A DNA stretch of 64,000 bases from an uncultured cyanobacterium (GTDB taxonomy: Bacteria; Cyanobacteriota; Cyanobacteriia; Cyanobacteriales; Nostocaceae): positions 224,001 through 288,000 of the forward strand of contig CAVUDP010000001.1 of the NCBI GenBank assembly GCA_963740315.1. Direction: 5' to 3'. Both the position numbers and the translations under genes were made by a program. The notes beneath the pieces were generated by a model that ran no database searches, had not been told where the DNA came from, and saw only the letters and a list, made by a program, of their open reading frames with translations. This document shows, one piece after another, positions 22,062-35,713 of this stretch; position 1 is the stretch's first letter; each line of letters begins with the position of its first letter.

Positions 22062-22672
22062 GATTCTAATCTCCAATAATTCTTTCTATTAGCTGCCGAA
22101 AATTTTTAAAGCAAATACATCTTCGGCTTAACTGTATTTATGACAAAGGCTTTAACTCACCTTTTGTCCTCAATAACGTAACTGCCCTCAGCTACGAAGC
22201 TTTTTTTATCTGTTTTACGTTTCTGTAAATTAGCCTACCATTTTACATGAAATTTTGTAAATTTATTTTACGTAATATGTATGATAAATAATGGTAATAA
22301 TGTCTAAAAAGCTTATCTAGGAGCGATCGCAGAAACTTAACAACTACTGTTACTAATCCAATGACTGCGATCGCGGGCAAACAATGAAAATTGAATTAGA
22401 TAATTGTTTTGAATATTGTTGTTAAAAGAAGGTTAAATAAAATTTTTAAGTCATAGCTGTATATTTAAAGACTATTAACAAATAAAATAAATAGGTTAAG
22501 TGGGTTTACCAATCATCAACACACAGGTATAATCTGACTGCCTTCCGCACGAAAACATAATCAAATTTAATTTTTGCAATATTGAAAAACCTTAAATCTC
22601 GCTGTAATTTTCACTCTTATAGAGATATTTACGTTAACTAACTTGGAATGCGTTCTTCTGAGGACTTAAAAA

Positions 22673-23557
22673 ATGGGATATGTAATATCAACTGCAAATA
22701 TGAAAGGTGGCGTGGGAAAAACTACCCTTACCGTCAATTTGGCGACTTGTTTGGCGAAAAATCACGGTAAGCGGGTGCTTGTGTTGGATTTAGATACCCA
22801 AATCAGCGCTACCCTTAGTTTGATGTCGCCGATAGAGTTTGCTAAACTGCGAAAAAAAAGACGGACTTTAAGATATTTGATAGATGATATTGTTAAATCA
22901 TCAAATAGGGAAAAATTATCAATTCAAGAGATTATTCAACCTAGCGTTAACAACCTTTCCGGACTTGATTTATTACCGGGAGATATCGATCTCTACGACG
23001 AATTTACGATCTCACAAATGCTGCATCAACAAGCAGTAAATCTGGGTGAAAATAACTTTGAAGCAATTTGGAATCGTTTTGAAAGAGTGTTGCTGGGTAA
23101 GATATTAGAACCAGTACGCAATGATTATGATTTTATTTTGCTTGACTGCGCTCCCGGTTACAATCTTTTAACTCGCAGCGCTTTAGCTACTAGTAATTAT
23201 TACGTTCTTCCCGCAAAGCCCGAACCCTTATCCGTTGTAGGTATTCAGTTGTTAGAAAGACGTATTGCTCAGTTGAAAGAAAGTCACGAACACGAAGCAA
23301 AAATAGATATCTCAATGTTAGGAATCGTGTTTACAATGTCCAACAGTAATATGTTAACTGGCAGATATTATAAGCAAGTAATTAACCGCGTTTATCAGGA
23401 TTACGGCGCTGAAAAAATCTGTCAAACGCAAATACCCGTTGATGTAAATGTTGCTAAAGCAGTTGATAGTTTTATGCCCGTGGTGTTAAATAGTCCTCAA
23501 TCGGGAGGTTCTAAAGCTTTTACTCAATTGACTCAGGAATTATTAAATAAGCTTTAA
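22673..23557 (+). CDS. ParA/Soj family ATPase
   Basis: Deviant Walker A KGGVGKTT, VLDLDTQ, ILLDCAP; no parB neighbour. Confidence 0.9.
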   Translation: MGYVISTANMKGGVGKTTLTVNLATCLAKNHGKRVLVLDLDTQISATLSLMSPIEFAKLRKKRRTLRYLIDDIVKSSNREKLSIQEIIQPSVNNLSGLDLLPGDIDLYDEFTISQMLHQQAVNLGENNFEAIWNRFERVLLGKILEPVRNDYDFILLDCAPGYNLLTRSALATSNYYVLPAKPEPLSVVGIQLLERRIAQLKESHEHEAKIDISMLGIVFTMSNSNMLTGRYYKQVINRVYQDYGAEKICQTQIPVDVNVAKAVDSFMPVVLNSPQSGGSKAFTQLTQELLNKL

Positions 23558-23841
23558 TTGGGGATTGGGGATTGGGCATTGGGCATTGGGCATTGGGCAT
23601 TGGTAATTGCTCTCACTTCTAACCAACAAGAAACCGGGTTTATGACACTGGTGCTGTTCGGTTGGGTTGCGCTTAGCTTAACCCAACCTACGAAACTTAA
23701 AGCCTTTCTCAGTCTTCTTTAGAAGACTTTGTGTATTAGCCTTGGAATTAATTCCAAGGCGGTTGTTGAGAATGGTGCTGTTCGGTTGGGTTGCGCTAAC
23801 GCTTAACGCAACCTACGAAATCCAGTACAGCAATTGCACTT

Positions 23842-26123
<2,282 letters not shown>

Positions 26124-26395
26124 TTAGTTCAGTCCTTTTTATAGTTGCTGTGATGACCTAGTTCGAGATTGCATCTTGAGGCGATCGCGCAGGGTAAAGT
26201 TTGTTTTACAGCAATTTTTACATTATATGGAATATAAGGATTTCGGCGTTGCTTGATAAGTTATGTTAAATGTTTCTCTTCGTCAAATTCCCAGCGTTTA
26301 CTCAATTAACTCAGGAATTGTAATTGGTAATTGCAATGGGAGCATCTTGCTTCCTTAATTTGTTATACTATGTCTAATTATACTATGTGTAATTT

Positions 26396-26653
26396 ATGAA
26401 AATCAAAGGTCAAATCAAAAAATGGGGGAATAGCTTAGGGTTAATCGTCCCTAGTTCGATAGTCAACGATCTCAAACTGGAGGCTAACACCAATATTTTG
26501 GTAAGTATAGAAGGCGATCGCTTGATTATAGAGCAAGATAAAACATTGCCAACTTTGGATGAAATCCTAGATAGTATTCCTGAAGATTACAGACATCCAG
26601 AAGACTTACAGGACTTTCCTCAGTCTGAACCACAGGGGAGAGAGTTAATTTGA
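26396..26653 (+). CDS. mazE: AbrB/MazE family antitoxin
   Basis: KKWGNSLGLIVP motif, C-terminal PQGRELI, 4-bp overlap with toxin; TTATACTATGT direct repeat at ~26363-26388 is a possible operator. Confidence 0.9.
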   Translation: MKIKGQIKKWGNSLGLIVPSSIVNDLKLEANTNILVSIEGDRLIIEQDKTLPTLDEILDSIPEDYRHPEDLQDFPQSEPQGRELI

Positions 26654-26988
26654 GCGTTCAAAGAGGAGAAATTATCAGAATAAATCTTAATCCAACTTCA
26701 GGTAGGGAGCAACAGGGAAAAACCAGACCTTGCTTAGTGATTAGTAATACTAAGTTCAATCATCGGCGCAAGATGGTTATTGTTTTACCCATAACTAACA
26801 CTATCAAGCCTAAAATTAAAACCTTAGTGCCATTACCAGATAATTTATCTATTACAGGATCGGTCGATACAGAACAGGTGCGAAATTTAGACCTAAACGA
26901 TCGATGGTGGGAAACCACTGGTGTTGTTCTTGACCAAGATTTGACTGATTATATGGTGGGAATGCTTACAACTTTGCTTAGTTGTTAA
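26650..26988 (+). CDS. mazF: PemK/MazF family toxin
   Basis: RGEI..INLNPTSGREQQGKTRPCLVIS, VLPIT, EQVRNLD. Confidence 0.92.
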   Translation: MSVQRGEIIRINLNPTSGREQQGKTRPCLVISNTKFNHRRKMVIVLPITNTIKPKIKTLVPLPDNLSITGSVDTEQVRNLDLNDRWWETTGVVLDQDLTDYMVGMLTTLLSC

Positions 26989-27027
26989 TAAAGAAAATTG
27001 AGACAGATTTTGACTTCTGCTACATAT

Positions 27028-27210
27028 TAGACATCTCCGGAAATTAAAAAAACCTCTCTCCATGAACGCGAAGCGTTTTCTCGTAGAGTACCTCTCTCCG
27101 GAGCAGGAGAGAGGCTTTATTTTCCCCCTTCCCGCTTTTGGGAAGGGGGTTAGGGGGTTAGGTTTCTATGTAAGGAAGGAAACCATACAAATGTTTTCCG
27201 AAGATGTCTA
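27028..27210. mobile_element. TA-flanked MITE
   Basis: TAGACATCTCCGGAAA ... TTTCCGAAGATGTCTA terminal inverted repeats with internal hairpins. Confidence 0.7.
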
Positions 27211-27469
27211 TTGGTTAACAACTTCAAACACGGAGACTTGAATCCAAGCTATAATTCTAATGAAAAAAGTTCTATTCATATTGGTTAAGTGTTTGTTGAT
27301 TCACTATTGTTTTATAAAATACAATACAAGACGCTAATTTCAATATACTTGTCAATCATCATAGATTCCTGATTTCCTGTTCCAGACAATATTTCCCCTA
27401 TTTAATTGTTTCAATTTGTTTCTAAGTAGTTGACTATTATTTTGATTACACTTAGATTATTCACAGAGT

Positions 27470-27666
27470 TGCGATACATCAAAATCGACACCACTCGCCA
27501 GAACCTTGAAAACCGCATAACTTCGTTGACTGGTGTCGATGCCTTACGCAGCAAGGTTTCCAAGCTGCAAAATCGATGAATTTCTGGAATTTTTTTTCCG
27601 TTTTTACGACTGGTGTCGATTGGGGTATTCCAAACCCCTACTGTGTAAGCGTTCTAAAAGTGAACT
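27470..27666 (+). promoter_or_regulatory. CRISPR leader
   Basis: Non-coding region abutting first repeat; ATCGACACCA/TGGTGTCGAT inverted pair and GACTGGTGTCGAT direct repeat (~27528, ~27608). Confidence 0.7.
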
Positions 27667-29435
27667 CTTTCCAAACCTATTCCCCTCAACGGGGATGGAA
27701 ACGTTAAAAAGATAACAGAAAGCAAAAACATTGGTTTTCTTTCCAAACCTATTCCCCTCAACGGGGATGGAAACTTGCAATTGATTTCATGAGGGCATTT
27801 CTTTGCTTTAACTTTCCAAACCTATTCCCCTCAACGGGGATGGAAACATCTTTATCGTTCATTACAAAATCGCGATTTTCTACTTTCCAAACCTATTCCC
27901 CTCAACGGGGATGGAAACGTTCTTCATCATATGAACAAATCTTGTATGACCATCTTTCCAAACCTATTCCCCTCAACGGGGATGGAAACGTTCAACATAA
28001 TAAATCCTATATATATTTTACTATGTTCTTTCCAAACCTATTCCCCTCAACGGGGATGGAAACTGTTCTGCCTCTTCTAGGCTGTAATAGACTTTTCTTT
28101 CCAAACCTATTCCCCTCAACGGGGATGGAAACCATTGATATTGTTAACTTGAAATGCTTGTGTAAATTCCTTTCCAAACCTATTCCCCTCAACGGGGATG
28201 GAAACGTAGTGGTGACGGTCTGTTAGCCTTGGCAACCCTCTCTTTCCAAACCTATTCCCCTCAACGGGGATGGAAACCCTTCATATTTCACTTTTGCGTG
28301 ATCTATTTTTTCTTTCCAAACCTATTCCCCTCAACGGGGATGGAAACCTTAAGTCGGTAAAGAAACCTATTAATTGTTTTCAGCTTTCCAAACCTATTCC
28401 CCTCAACGGGGATGGAAACAATTCTATAATTTGCAAAATTTCTCTGTTATTTTTCTTTCCAAACCTATTCCCCTCAACGGGGATGGAAACGTTTTGACCA
28501 GTCGAACCTCCAGCACCCATGACTCCCCTTTCCAAACCTATTCCCCTCAACGGGGATGGAAACCTTGTTTTCTTAATTCGCTGTCGCCAAACCACATAAA
28601 CCTTTCCAAACCTATTCCCCTCAACGGGGATGGAAACAATGCATTTCTTTGCCCTAAATTTTCACTACTATACTTTCCAAACCTATTCCCCTCAACGGGG
28701 ATGGAAACTTAAAGAAGATACAATATCAGTTGATTCATCATCACCACTTTCCAAACCTATTCCCCTCAACGGGGATGGAAACTTCTGACTATATTTCTGA
28801 AATATCATTTCATCAAAAGCCTTTCCAAACCTATTCCCCTCAACGGGGATGGAAACTTTAAGAAAGAAAGAAAATACAGAAAGATATCCTATACTTTCCA
28901 AACCTATTCCCCTCAACGGGGATGGAAACTTTTTCAATAAAGCAACTGCATCAAGAAAACCAAGGCCTTTCCAAACCTATTCCCCTCAACGGGGATGGAA
29001 ACCTGTAGTGATAGCTTTATCTTCAGGATAAGGCATACTTTCCAAACCTATTCCCCTCAACGGGGATGGAAACAAATTCATACTTTCCAATCCAATTTTC
29101 TCCAGCTTCCTTTCCAAACCTATTCCCCTCAACGGGGATGGAAACTTTCTCTAAAAACCGCTACTTTAAATTTTTCTCCAATTTCTTTCCAAACCTATTC
29201 CCCTCAACGGGGATGGAAACCATTATCCTTTCTAATATAAGAAATTAGCGGATCCTTTCCAAACCTATTCCCCTCAACGGGGATGGAAACTTTAGACATT
29301 GTTCAAATTCCTAAATTACAAAATTTTCTTTCCAAACCTATTCCCCTCAACGGGGATGGAAACAACAGTAGTTACATTTGAGAAAAGAATACTGCCAGAC
29401 TTTCCAAACCTATTCCCCTCAACGGGGATGGAAAC
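27667..29435 (+). CRISPR. CRISPR array, 25 repeats (36 bp) / 24 spacers, type III-like repeat, no cas genes in window
   Basis: Repeat CTTTCCAAACCTATTCCCCTCAACGGGGATGGAAAC with TCCCC/GGGGA hairpin and ATGGAAAC 3' end; unique spacers of about 33-39 bp. Confidence 0.98.
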
Positions 29436-29456
29436 GTAAGATGCTCCAATAAAGTG

Positions 29457-29530
29457 GTAGGTTGGGTTGAACGAAGTGAAACCCAACATTATCAACCGTT
29501 TGTTGGGTTATGTTCCTCAACCCAACCTAC
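29457..29530. repeat. GTAGG...CCTAC REPIN-like palindromic element
   Basis: GTAGGTTGGGTTGA ... TCAACCCAACCTAC; relatives at 23660-23691, 23783-23816, 52682-52867, 53861-54025. Confidence 0.75.
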
Positions 29531-29648
29531 AATATTTGTTATTTTTGGGTGTTTTGTTGAAATGATGTTTTTTGACGAAGTTGTTGGTACAACCCCAAAC
29601 ACGGGGAGACGTAGCAGTGCTACGTCTCTACATTGGTGACTGTGTGTT

Positions 29649-32531
29649 TTAGAATTCTCCGGCTAATGCACTAACGCATCTTTCGCACAACAAGGGATGC
29701 TCTTTAAATTCTCCAACTTTTGTAGAGTAATTCCAGCATCGATCGCACTTCTCCCCATCTGCTTTTACGACTCCAATTTCCCAGTTATCTGTCTGCAATT
29801 TGTGCTTACATTCGACTCCGGGATTATCTAAAATTTCTCCTTGAGATGTTAGGAATAAGTAGCGAAGTTCGTCTGCACCGTTATTACTATCGTTCAAAGA
29901 TTTGACTGCATTTCGCAATTCTTCGTCTTTGATGTAAAGCAAAACTTTCGCTTCTAAGGAGGAACCAATCATTTTGTCGATTCTGGCTTCTTCTAATACT
30001 TTATTAACATCGTTGCGGATTTGACGGATTTTTTCCCATAATTTGACTAATTCGGGATTTTTCCATTTATCTTCTAACTGCAACCAACCGGCTTCAAATA
30101 CCGATTTGTGGGAAGTTTCGTAGGGGATAAATTGCCAAATGTCTTCTGCCATGTGACACAATACGGGTGCGATCGCTTTCGTTAAATTCTCCAGCGCGAT
30201 TTGCATCACCGTTTGACAGCTACGACGGCGATCGCCATCAACACTACTGATATATAATCTATCTTTGCCCGCATCTAAATAAAAGTTGGATAAATCGACG
30301 ATGCAGAAGTTTTGTACGGCTTGGAAGAAGCGGGAAAATTGAAATGTTTCGTATGCATTGGTAATTTCGGAAAACACTTCTGTCATCCGATGCAGCATAT
30401 ATTTGTCAATTTCGGCTAAATCCTTGTAAGCCATTACGTCATCCACGGGATTAAAATCATGCAAGTTACCTAGCAAGAAGCGCGTGGTGTTGCGAATCTT
30501 GTTGCGGATATCCATGATTTGCTTCAAGGTATTTTTACCAATGCCTACGTCGTTGGTGTAATCTACCGAAGACACCCACAACCGCAATACATCGGCACCG
30601 TAAGCGGGTTCTTGCTTCTGATTTTTTCCGCCTTCAATGACTATTCTGGGGTCAATTACGTTACCTAAAGACTTACTTTGCTTGTAACCTTTCTCGTCTA
30701 AAGTGTAACCGTGAGTCAACACGATTTTATAAGGTGCGACACCGTTAACTGCAACGCTGGTAAGTAAGCTTGATTGGAACCAACCCCGGTGCTGATCGGA
30801 ACCTTCCAAATACATATCTGCGGGATAGCGCAATTCTGGACGCTGCTCGACTACGGATGCCCAGGAAGAACCGGAATCAAACCATACATCCATTGTATCC
30901 GTACCTTTACGGTATTTTCTGCCGTCATTACGGTATTTTTCCGGCATTAAATCTTCTACCGACAATTCCCACCAAGCATCAGTTCCTTTTTCGGCAATAA
31001 TGGCTTGCACGTGTTTGATGATTTCTTCATTCAATACCACCTCGTTGTTTTCTTCGTCGTAAAATACCGGAATTGGTACACCCCAACTGCGCTGACGAGA
31101 AATACACCAATCGTTTCGATCTGCAACCATCGGCGTGATGCGGTTTTGCCCTTGTGCGGGAATCCACTGCACGGATTTGATTTGCTCTAATGCTGTTTCG
31201 CGGAATTTCTCTACAGAAGCAAACCATTGCTCGGTAGCTCTAAAAATTGTCGGCTTTTTAGTACGCCAATCGTAAGGATATTTATGCGCGTAGGGTTCGT
31301 GTTTTATTAATGATTTGGCTTCCGTCAAAGCGTCGATAATTGCTTGATTGCCTTCACTAATTTGGTTATTTGTACCGACAACTTTTAAGCCTACAAACTT
31401 CCCGGCTTCCTCGGTAAACTTACCGTTTCCATCTACCGGAGCCAGAATCGGTAAATTATAGCGCTGTCCGACAATGTAATCTTCTTGACCGTGACCGGGT
31501 GCGGTATGTACCAAACCCGTACCGGATTCAGTTGTGATGTAATCGCCGCCGATTATTACCGGAGATTCTCTGTCAAATAACGGATGACGGTAAGTAGAAT
31601 TTTCTAAATCTTTACCTTTTAAGGTGGCTTTGACAGTTAGTTTTGCGCCAAATGTTTCCGATAGTCGCTCTGCTAAATCCGCAGCAACAATCAGATATTT
31701 AAAGTCTACAGCGGATAAATTCTCAACTTCCACCACTGCATAATTAAGCTCAGGATTCACAGCTACGGCTAAATTACCGGGAATAGTCCAAGGTGTTGTA
31801 GTCCAAATTGCTACACCCAAATTGGGTAAAAACTCTGATAAATTATCTTTTGCTGCATCCGCTAAATTCGTCATCGGGAAAGCAGCGTAGATACTGGGTG
31901 AAGTATGTCCTTCGGGGTATTCCAACTCAGCTTCCGCTAAAGCAGTTTGGGAACTGGGACTCCAATGCACGGGTTTTAAACCGCGATAGATGTAACCTTT
32001 CAAAAACATATCGCCGAAAACAGCAATTTGTTCGGCTTCGTATTGCGGATTGGAAGTTAAATAAGGATGCTCCCAATCACCCCAAACGCCATATCTCTTA
32101 AAACTTTCCCGCTGCTCGTTGACGGCTTCTAAAGCAAACTCCTTCGCCTTGTGTCGCAACTTCAAAGGCGTTAATTCCTGCCTTTCCGAAGACTTCATGG
32201 CTTGCAACACCTTCAATTCAATCGGCAAACCGTGACAGTCCCAACCGGGGACATAATTAATTTTACGACCTTGTAATATCTTGTAGCGATTAATAATATC
32301 TTTAAGAATTTTGTTTAAAGCGTGACCAATATGTAGCGAGCCATTTGCGTAAGGCGGTCCGTCATGCAGGATAAATAATTCGCCAGGGTTCTCTTGAGAA
32401 AGGCGTTGGTAAACTTCATTTTCAGCCCAAAACTTTTGGATTTCGGGTTCGCGCTTGGTAGCGTTTGCCCGCATATCAAACTTAGTCTTGGGTAAATTTA
32501 CTGTATTTTTGTAGCTTCCTGATTCAGTCAT
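29649..32531 (-). CDS. ileS: Isoleucine--tRNA ligase
   Basis: LHDGPPYANG, HIGH, WCISRQR, KQSKS (KMSKS variant), C-terminal CDRC..CERC zinc site. Confidence 0.98.
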   Translation of the reverse strand: MTESGSYKNTVNLPKTKFDMRANATKREPEIQKFWAENEVYQRLSQENPGELFILHDGPPYANGSLHIGHALNKILKDIINRYKILQGRKINYVPGWDCHGLPIELKVLQAMKSSERQELTPLKLRHKAKEFALEAVNEQRESFKRYGVWGDWEHPYLTSNPQYEAEQIAVFGDMFLKGYIYRGLKPVHWSPSSQTALAEAELEYPEGHTSPSIYAAFPMTNLADAAKDNLSEFLPNLGVAIWTTTPWTIPGNLAVAVNPELNYAVVEVENLSAVDFKYLIVAADLAERLSETFGAKLTVKATLKGKDLENSTYRHPLFDRESPVIIGGDYITTESGTGLVHTAPGHGQEDYIVGQRYNLPILAPVDGNGKFTEEAGKFVGLKVVGTNNQISEGNQAIIDALTEAKSLIKHEPYAHKYPYDWRTKKPTIFRATEQWFASVEKFRETALEQIKSVQWIPAQGQNRITPMVADRNDWCISRQRSWGVPIPVFYDEENNEVVLNEEIIKHVQAIIAEKGTDAWWELSVEDLMPEKYRNDGRKYRKGTDTMDVWFDSGSSWASVVEQRPELRYPADMYLEGSDQHRGWFQSSLLTSVAVNGVAPYKIVLTHGYTLDEKGYKQSKSLGNVIDPRIVIEGGKNQKQEPAYGADVLRLWVSSVDYTNDVGIGKNTLKQIMDIRNKIRNTTRFLLGNLHDFNPVDDVMAYKDLAEIDKYMLHRMTEVFSEITNAYETFQFSRFFQAVQNFCIVDLSNFYLDAGKDRLYISSVDGDRRRSCQTVMQIALENLTKAIAPVLCHMAEDIWQFIPYETSHKSVFEAGWLQLEDKWKNPELVKLWEKIRQIRNDVNKVLEEARIDKMIGSSLEAKVLLYIKDEELRNAVKSLNDSNNGADELRYLFLTSQGEILDNPGVECKHKLQTDNWEIGVVKADGEKCDRCWNYSTKVGEFKEHPLLCERCVSALAGEF

Positions 32532-32750
32532 TCGATTTTGGATTTTGGATTTTGGATTATGTAGTTTGTCGCTTCTTGAAAAAGAGACTAAGGCAATTTT
32601 AGATTTTAAATTGGGATTTATTCGCGGAAGGGGGTTTTAGATTTCAAAAACATCGACATTTTATTTATAATTCCCATTACGGTAATCTTACCGAAAGTAT
32701 CTAACTTGAGAAAAAAAATTTCAAAAATAGGAATTTAACAGCAATTCAAC

Positions 32751-34838
32751 ATGATTAATATCAAATATATTTTCTTCTGGCAATTCGTTGAAGGAATTCT
32801 ATCTGCATTTATTCTCTTCGCTGCAATCTGGACGATCTTCACAAATGTTTGCATCTTGAACGATAAAAGCTTCGCCTTTTTACTTGATTTATTTCCTTTA
32901 ATTCTCACGCTTAGCGCTGTTTCAGTGTTTTTGTTATGGAAATTTAACAAAAATCGCAAGCAAGAAGCAAAGGCTGTTAATTTAACTCAAAGTAAAGAAT
33001 TTATTTTTGATCGCTTATCTCATACCCGAATTGCCTGGGCTTGGTTGATATGTGGGGCAATTATCATCGCAGTTTATGCCATCAGCCAACAATACATTTT
33101 ATTTTGGGGACTTGCGATCGCTTACCTTATAGTTGCCTACTTTCATCATGGTTTTATCGCCTTCCCAGTTACTTCTATTTCTGCAATTAATTCAAAACTA
33201 CATAATGCTGCTGTAGTTGGATTGTGCTTGATTGCAGCTGTAATCACCATGATTGCTCACCGCTCTGATGCTGATGATGCTTTTTTTCTGAGCATTCCTG
33301 TTGCTTTGCTCGATGCTCCTAATATTCCGATGTTGGGGCAAGATACAATGCACGGTTTTGCAGATATGCCATTAATACTACCTATCTATAAATTGCATAG
33401 TTTAGAGGTTTTTTGGGCTTTAGCAGCGAAATTAACGGGTTTATCTCCAATTTTCATTGCCCATGTAGTTTTTCCACCTGTTTTCGCCGTCCTGTTTGTC
33501 TTGGCACAAGCTTGTCTGCTACGTTTGCTAGTTCCTAAATACTGGCTGCGGGCACTTGTAACTGTTCTGATTTTACTTGTGCTTTTAGGGGACGTACACC
33601 GAAGCTACGGCAATTTTTCTTTGGTGAGATTATATCAGGGAAAGGCAATCTTGGTAACGCTGATGGTTCCTTTGATATTTAGATATGCATGGAATTTTGG
33701 TTCTAAGGGGAAAGTAACTGATTGGCTACTTTTATGCGCCAGCCAGATTGCTGCATTGGGTATAACTTCTTCGGCTTTATTTGTTGCGCCTTTTAGTGTC
33801 ATCCTGGCATTAGGAGGAACCTGGCAGGCAACATTCAAATCTACCAAGCGAATCATATTGGGTTTGTTTTCTTCTATCTATTTGATTGCGGTAGGGCTGT
33901 TATTGCGCCAAAGCATGATGTCTCAAGTCAGCCTGAATCCTACTTCTTCGGGACTCGTTTCTACTACTTCGGAGGTAAGCATTGCTGAGGGGGCGCTTCA
34001 TCAAGTTTTAGGAACTCAACCTATTTTTTATTTATTAATGTTGGCTTTTCTGTGTGCGTGGACAGTTTCAATTCCAAAGGTTCGGATCTATTTGTTAGTG
34101 ATTCCATTAGGCTTTTTTCTAGTATTAATAAATCCTTGGAGGGTTGGATTTATTACTAAGTATCTAACTTCAAGTGAAACTTATTGGCGAATATTTTGGG
34201 CGGTACCCATTCCCACTATGTTCGCAATTCTTTTTGTAGGAGTACTCCAACCAATAATCAAATTAATTATTCCCAAGTTGCAACGGCAAGGGTTTCTAAT
34301 TGCTTTATCGTTGACGATCGTGACACTTTTACCCATAAACACCTTACGTCAAGACAATGGAACGATCGTTAAATTTCCAACTATTAAAGTGCCATCAGTT
34401 GAGTATGCAATTGCTCGTGAAGCTAATAGGATAACTCCACCTCAGACAATCATCTTAGCAGCAGAAGCTATATCTACATGGATACCGTTGATATCCAATC
34501 ATGCACCTGTTGTTTCAGTCAGGAATATGTATATGAGCCTCTTACAAAATGACTTTGGACTTACTGAAGTTTCACGTAGAATTGATGCGGTTCGCTATAT
34601 ATCAGGAATTAGAATTTCTCACAGGATAAAAGCACGTTTTCTAAACTTAATTGACAAATGGTGTATTGGTACAGTTGTCACCGCTCCCAACCTCGAATGG
34701 CAACAAGAATTAGAAATAGTGCTAAAAAATCGTAACTTTAAACAACACACCGAAATTGGTGGTTATCAAATTTGGGTGCGGGATTCTCTGAAATGCCAAA
34801 AGGGTATAAGAGGGGAGATAATTTTTACTAATTCCTAA
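32751..34838 (+). CDS. Polytopic membrane protein, DUF6077-like (possible GT-C glycosyltransferase)
   Basis: Many TM helices, DADD acidic loop, RLYQGKA and YWRIFWAVP motifs. Confidence 0.7.
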   Translation: MINIKYIFFWQFVEGILSAFILFAAIWTIFTNVCILNDKSFAFLLDLFPLILTLSAVSVFLLWKFNKNRKQEAKAVNLTQSKEFIFDRLSHTRIAWAWLICGAIIIAVYAISQQYILFWGLAIAYLIVAYFHHGFIAFPVTSISAINSKLHNAAVVGLCLIAAVITMIAHRSDADDAFFLSIPVALLDAPNIPMLGQDTMHGFADMPLILPIYKLHSLEVFWALAAKLTGLSPIFIAHVVFPPVFAVLFVLAQACLLRLLVPKYWLRALVTVLILLVLLGDVHRSYGNFSLVRLYQGKAILVTLMVPLIFRYAWNFGSKGKVTDWLLLCASQIAALGITSSALFVAPFSVILALGGTWQATFKSTKRIILGLFSSIYLIAVGLLLRQSMMSQVSLNPTSSGLVSTTSEVSIAEGALHQVLGTQPIFYLLMLAFLCAWTVSIPKVRIYLLVIPLGFFLVLINPWRVGFITKYLTSSETYWRIFWAVPIPTMFAILFVGVLQPIIKLIIPKLQRQGFLIALSLTIVTLLPINTLRQDNGTIVKFPTIKVPSVEYAIAREANRITPPQTIILAAEAISTWIPLISNHAPVVSVRNMYMSLLQNDFGLTEVSRRIDAVRYISGIRISHRIKARFLNLIDKWCIGTVVTAPNLEWQQELEIVLKNRNFKQHTEIGGYQIWVRDSLKCQKGIRGEIIFTNS

Positions 34839-34902
34839 CTCCTACTTTTATCCCGCTCAAAGATTACAGGATATATTAATTTAATGTTTTGCAGTTAAAT
34901 TT

Positions 34903-35271
34903 TTAACACATTCCATTAATTCTCATATAGCTTAGTAGCCAATTTGCAGCCGTTGCCCTACGTGTTTGCCGAGGACCAAATTCGCCGATTTTGTAACCAG
35001 TGAAACCCAAAAATTCTTTAGCGATTTGTTTATTTTCCTTGGGAATAGAACGAGTTAACTTAACCGTTGGCGGACGATTGGCGATAAAATCTGGAGGTTC
35101 AGGATATTCTACACGCCATTCTTCGGATACATCGCTTGCATCCCATTTACCCGTAGTATCGTCGTAGCGATAACCCAGATAATGCCATACTAAATTGAGA
35201 ACAGTAGTATCATCAATTTCTTCTTTAAGAATTGCCCAAATTGTATCGGTAGTGAGTGGAGGTAATTCCAT
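34903..35271 (-). CDS. DUF1823 family protein
   Basis: LVWHYLGYRY, YPEPPDFI, VKLTRSIPKENKQ, TRRATAANWLL. Confidence 0.85.
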   Translation of the reverse strand: MELPPLTTDTIWAILKEEIDDTTVLNLVWHYLGYRYDDTTGKWDASDVSEEWRVEYPEPPDFIANRPPTVKLTRSIPKENKQIAKEFLGFTGYKIGEFGPRQTRRATAANWLLSYMRINGMC

Positions 35272-35374
35272 TTTAGATTGTGGATTTTGGATTTTAGATT
35301 AGATATTGTAAGTTTATAATTCTTGAGTTGAAAAATTCCTATTTTAAATTGCTTGTGTATTGAATAAAGTAGAA

Positions 35375-35668
35375 AACCTCACCCCTTCCCCTCTCCTTAA
35401 CAAGGCTAGCGTGTACACACAGGTCTTAAAATCCTACCTGGAACTAGGTTTTGAACTATGAGCTAAATCTCTCAAAGTCCTGTCATTGCGAGCGGAGCGA
35501 AGCAATCGCAAAGTGCTGTGATGAACCGCACTCTCCGGGTGATTGCTTCGTCGTTCCTCCTCGCAATGACGGTTTAACGCGGATAAAATTACTGAAACCT
35601 ATAGGTGAGTACTTCTGTGTACACCGTAGCCTTGGCAAGGAGAGGGGAGCAATAGGTTGGGGTGAAGT
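35375..35668. mobile_element. Three-layer nested repeat: hairpin element > MITE (35404-35631) > GTCATTGCGAG palindrome (35482-35570)
   Basis: Outer CCCCTCTCC/GGAGAGGGG arms; GGCTAGCGTGTACAC/GTGTACACCGTAGCC TIRs; GTCATTGCGAG/CTCGCAATGAC inner arms. Confidence 0.7.
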
Positions 35669-35713
35669 TAACCTATTAATTACCATTTAATAGAGCAAAA
35701 CAAATAAAAAATC

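Noticed and set aside
22210..22275. TTTAC...GTAAA inverted motifs upstream of ocp
   Set aside because: Short AT-rich matches with inconsistent spacing; cannot assign a regulator
26396..27666. Functional coupling of MazEF to the CRISPR array
   Set aside because: Only proximity; separated by a MITE and ~680 bp, and the TA pair is canonical
27533..29248. Many short ORFs on both strands with FPNLFPSTGMET / FQTYSPQRGWK repeats
   Set aside because: Translations of CRISPR repeats, not genes
35451..35690. ORFs on both strands
   Set aside because: Lie almost wholly within the nested repeat/MITE structure
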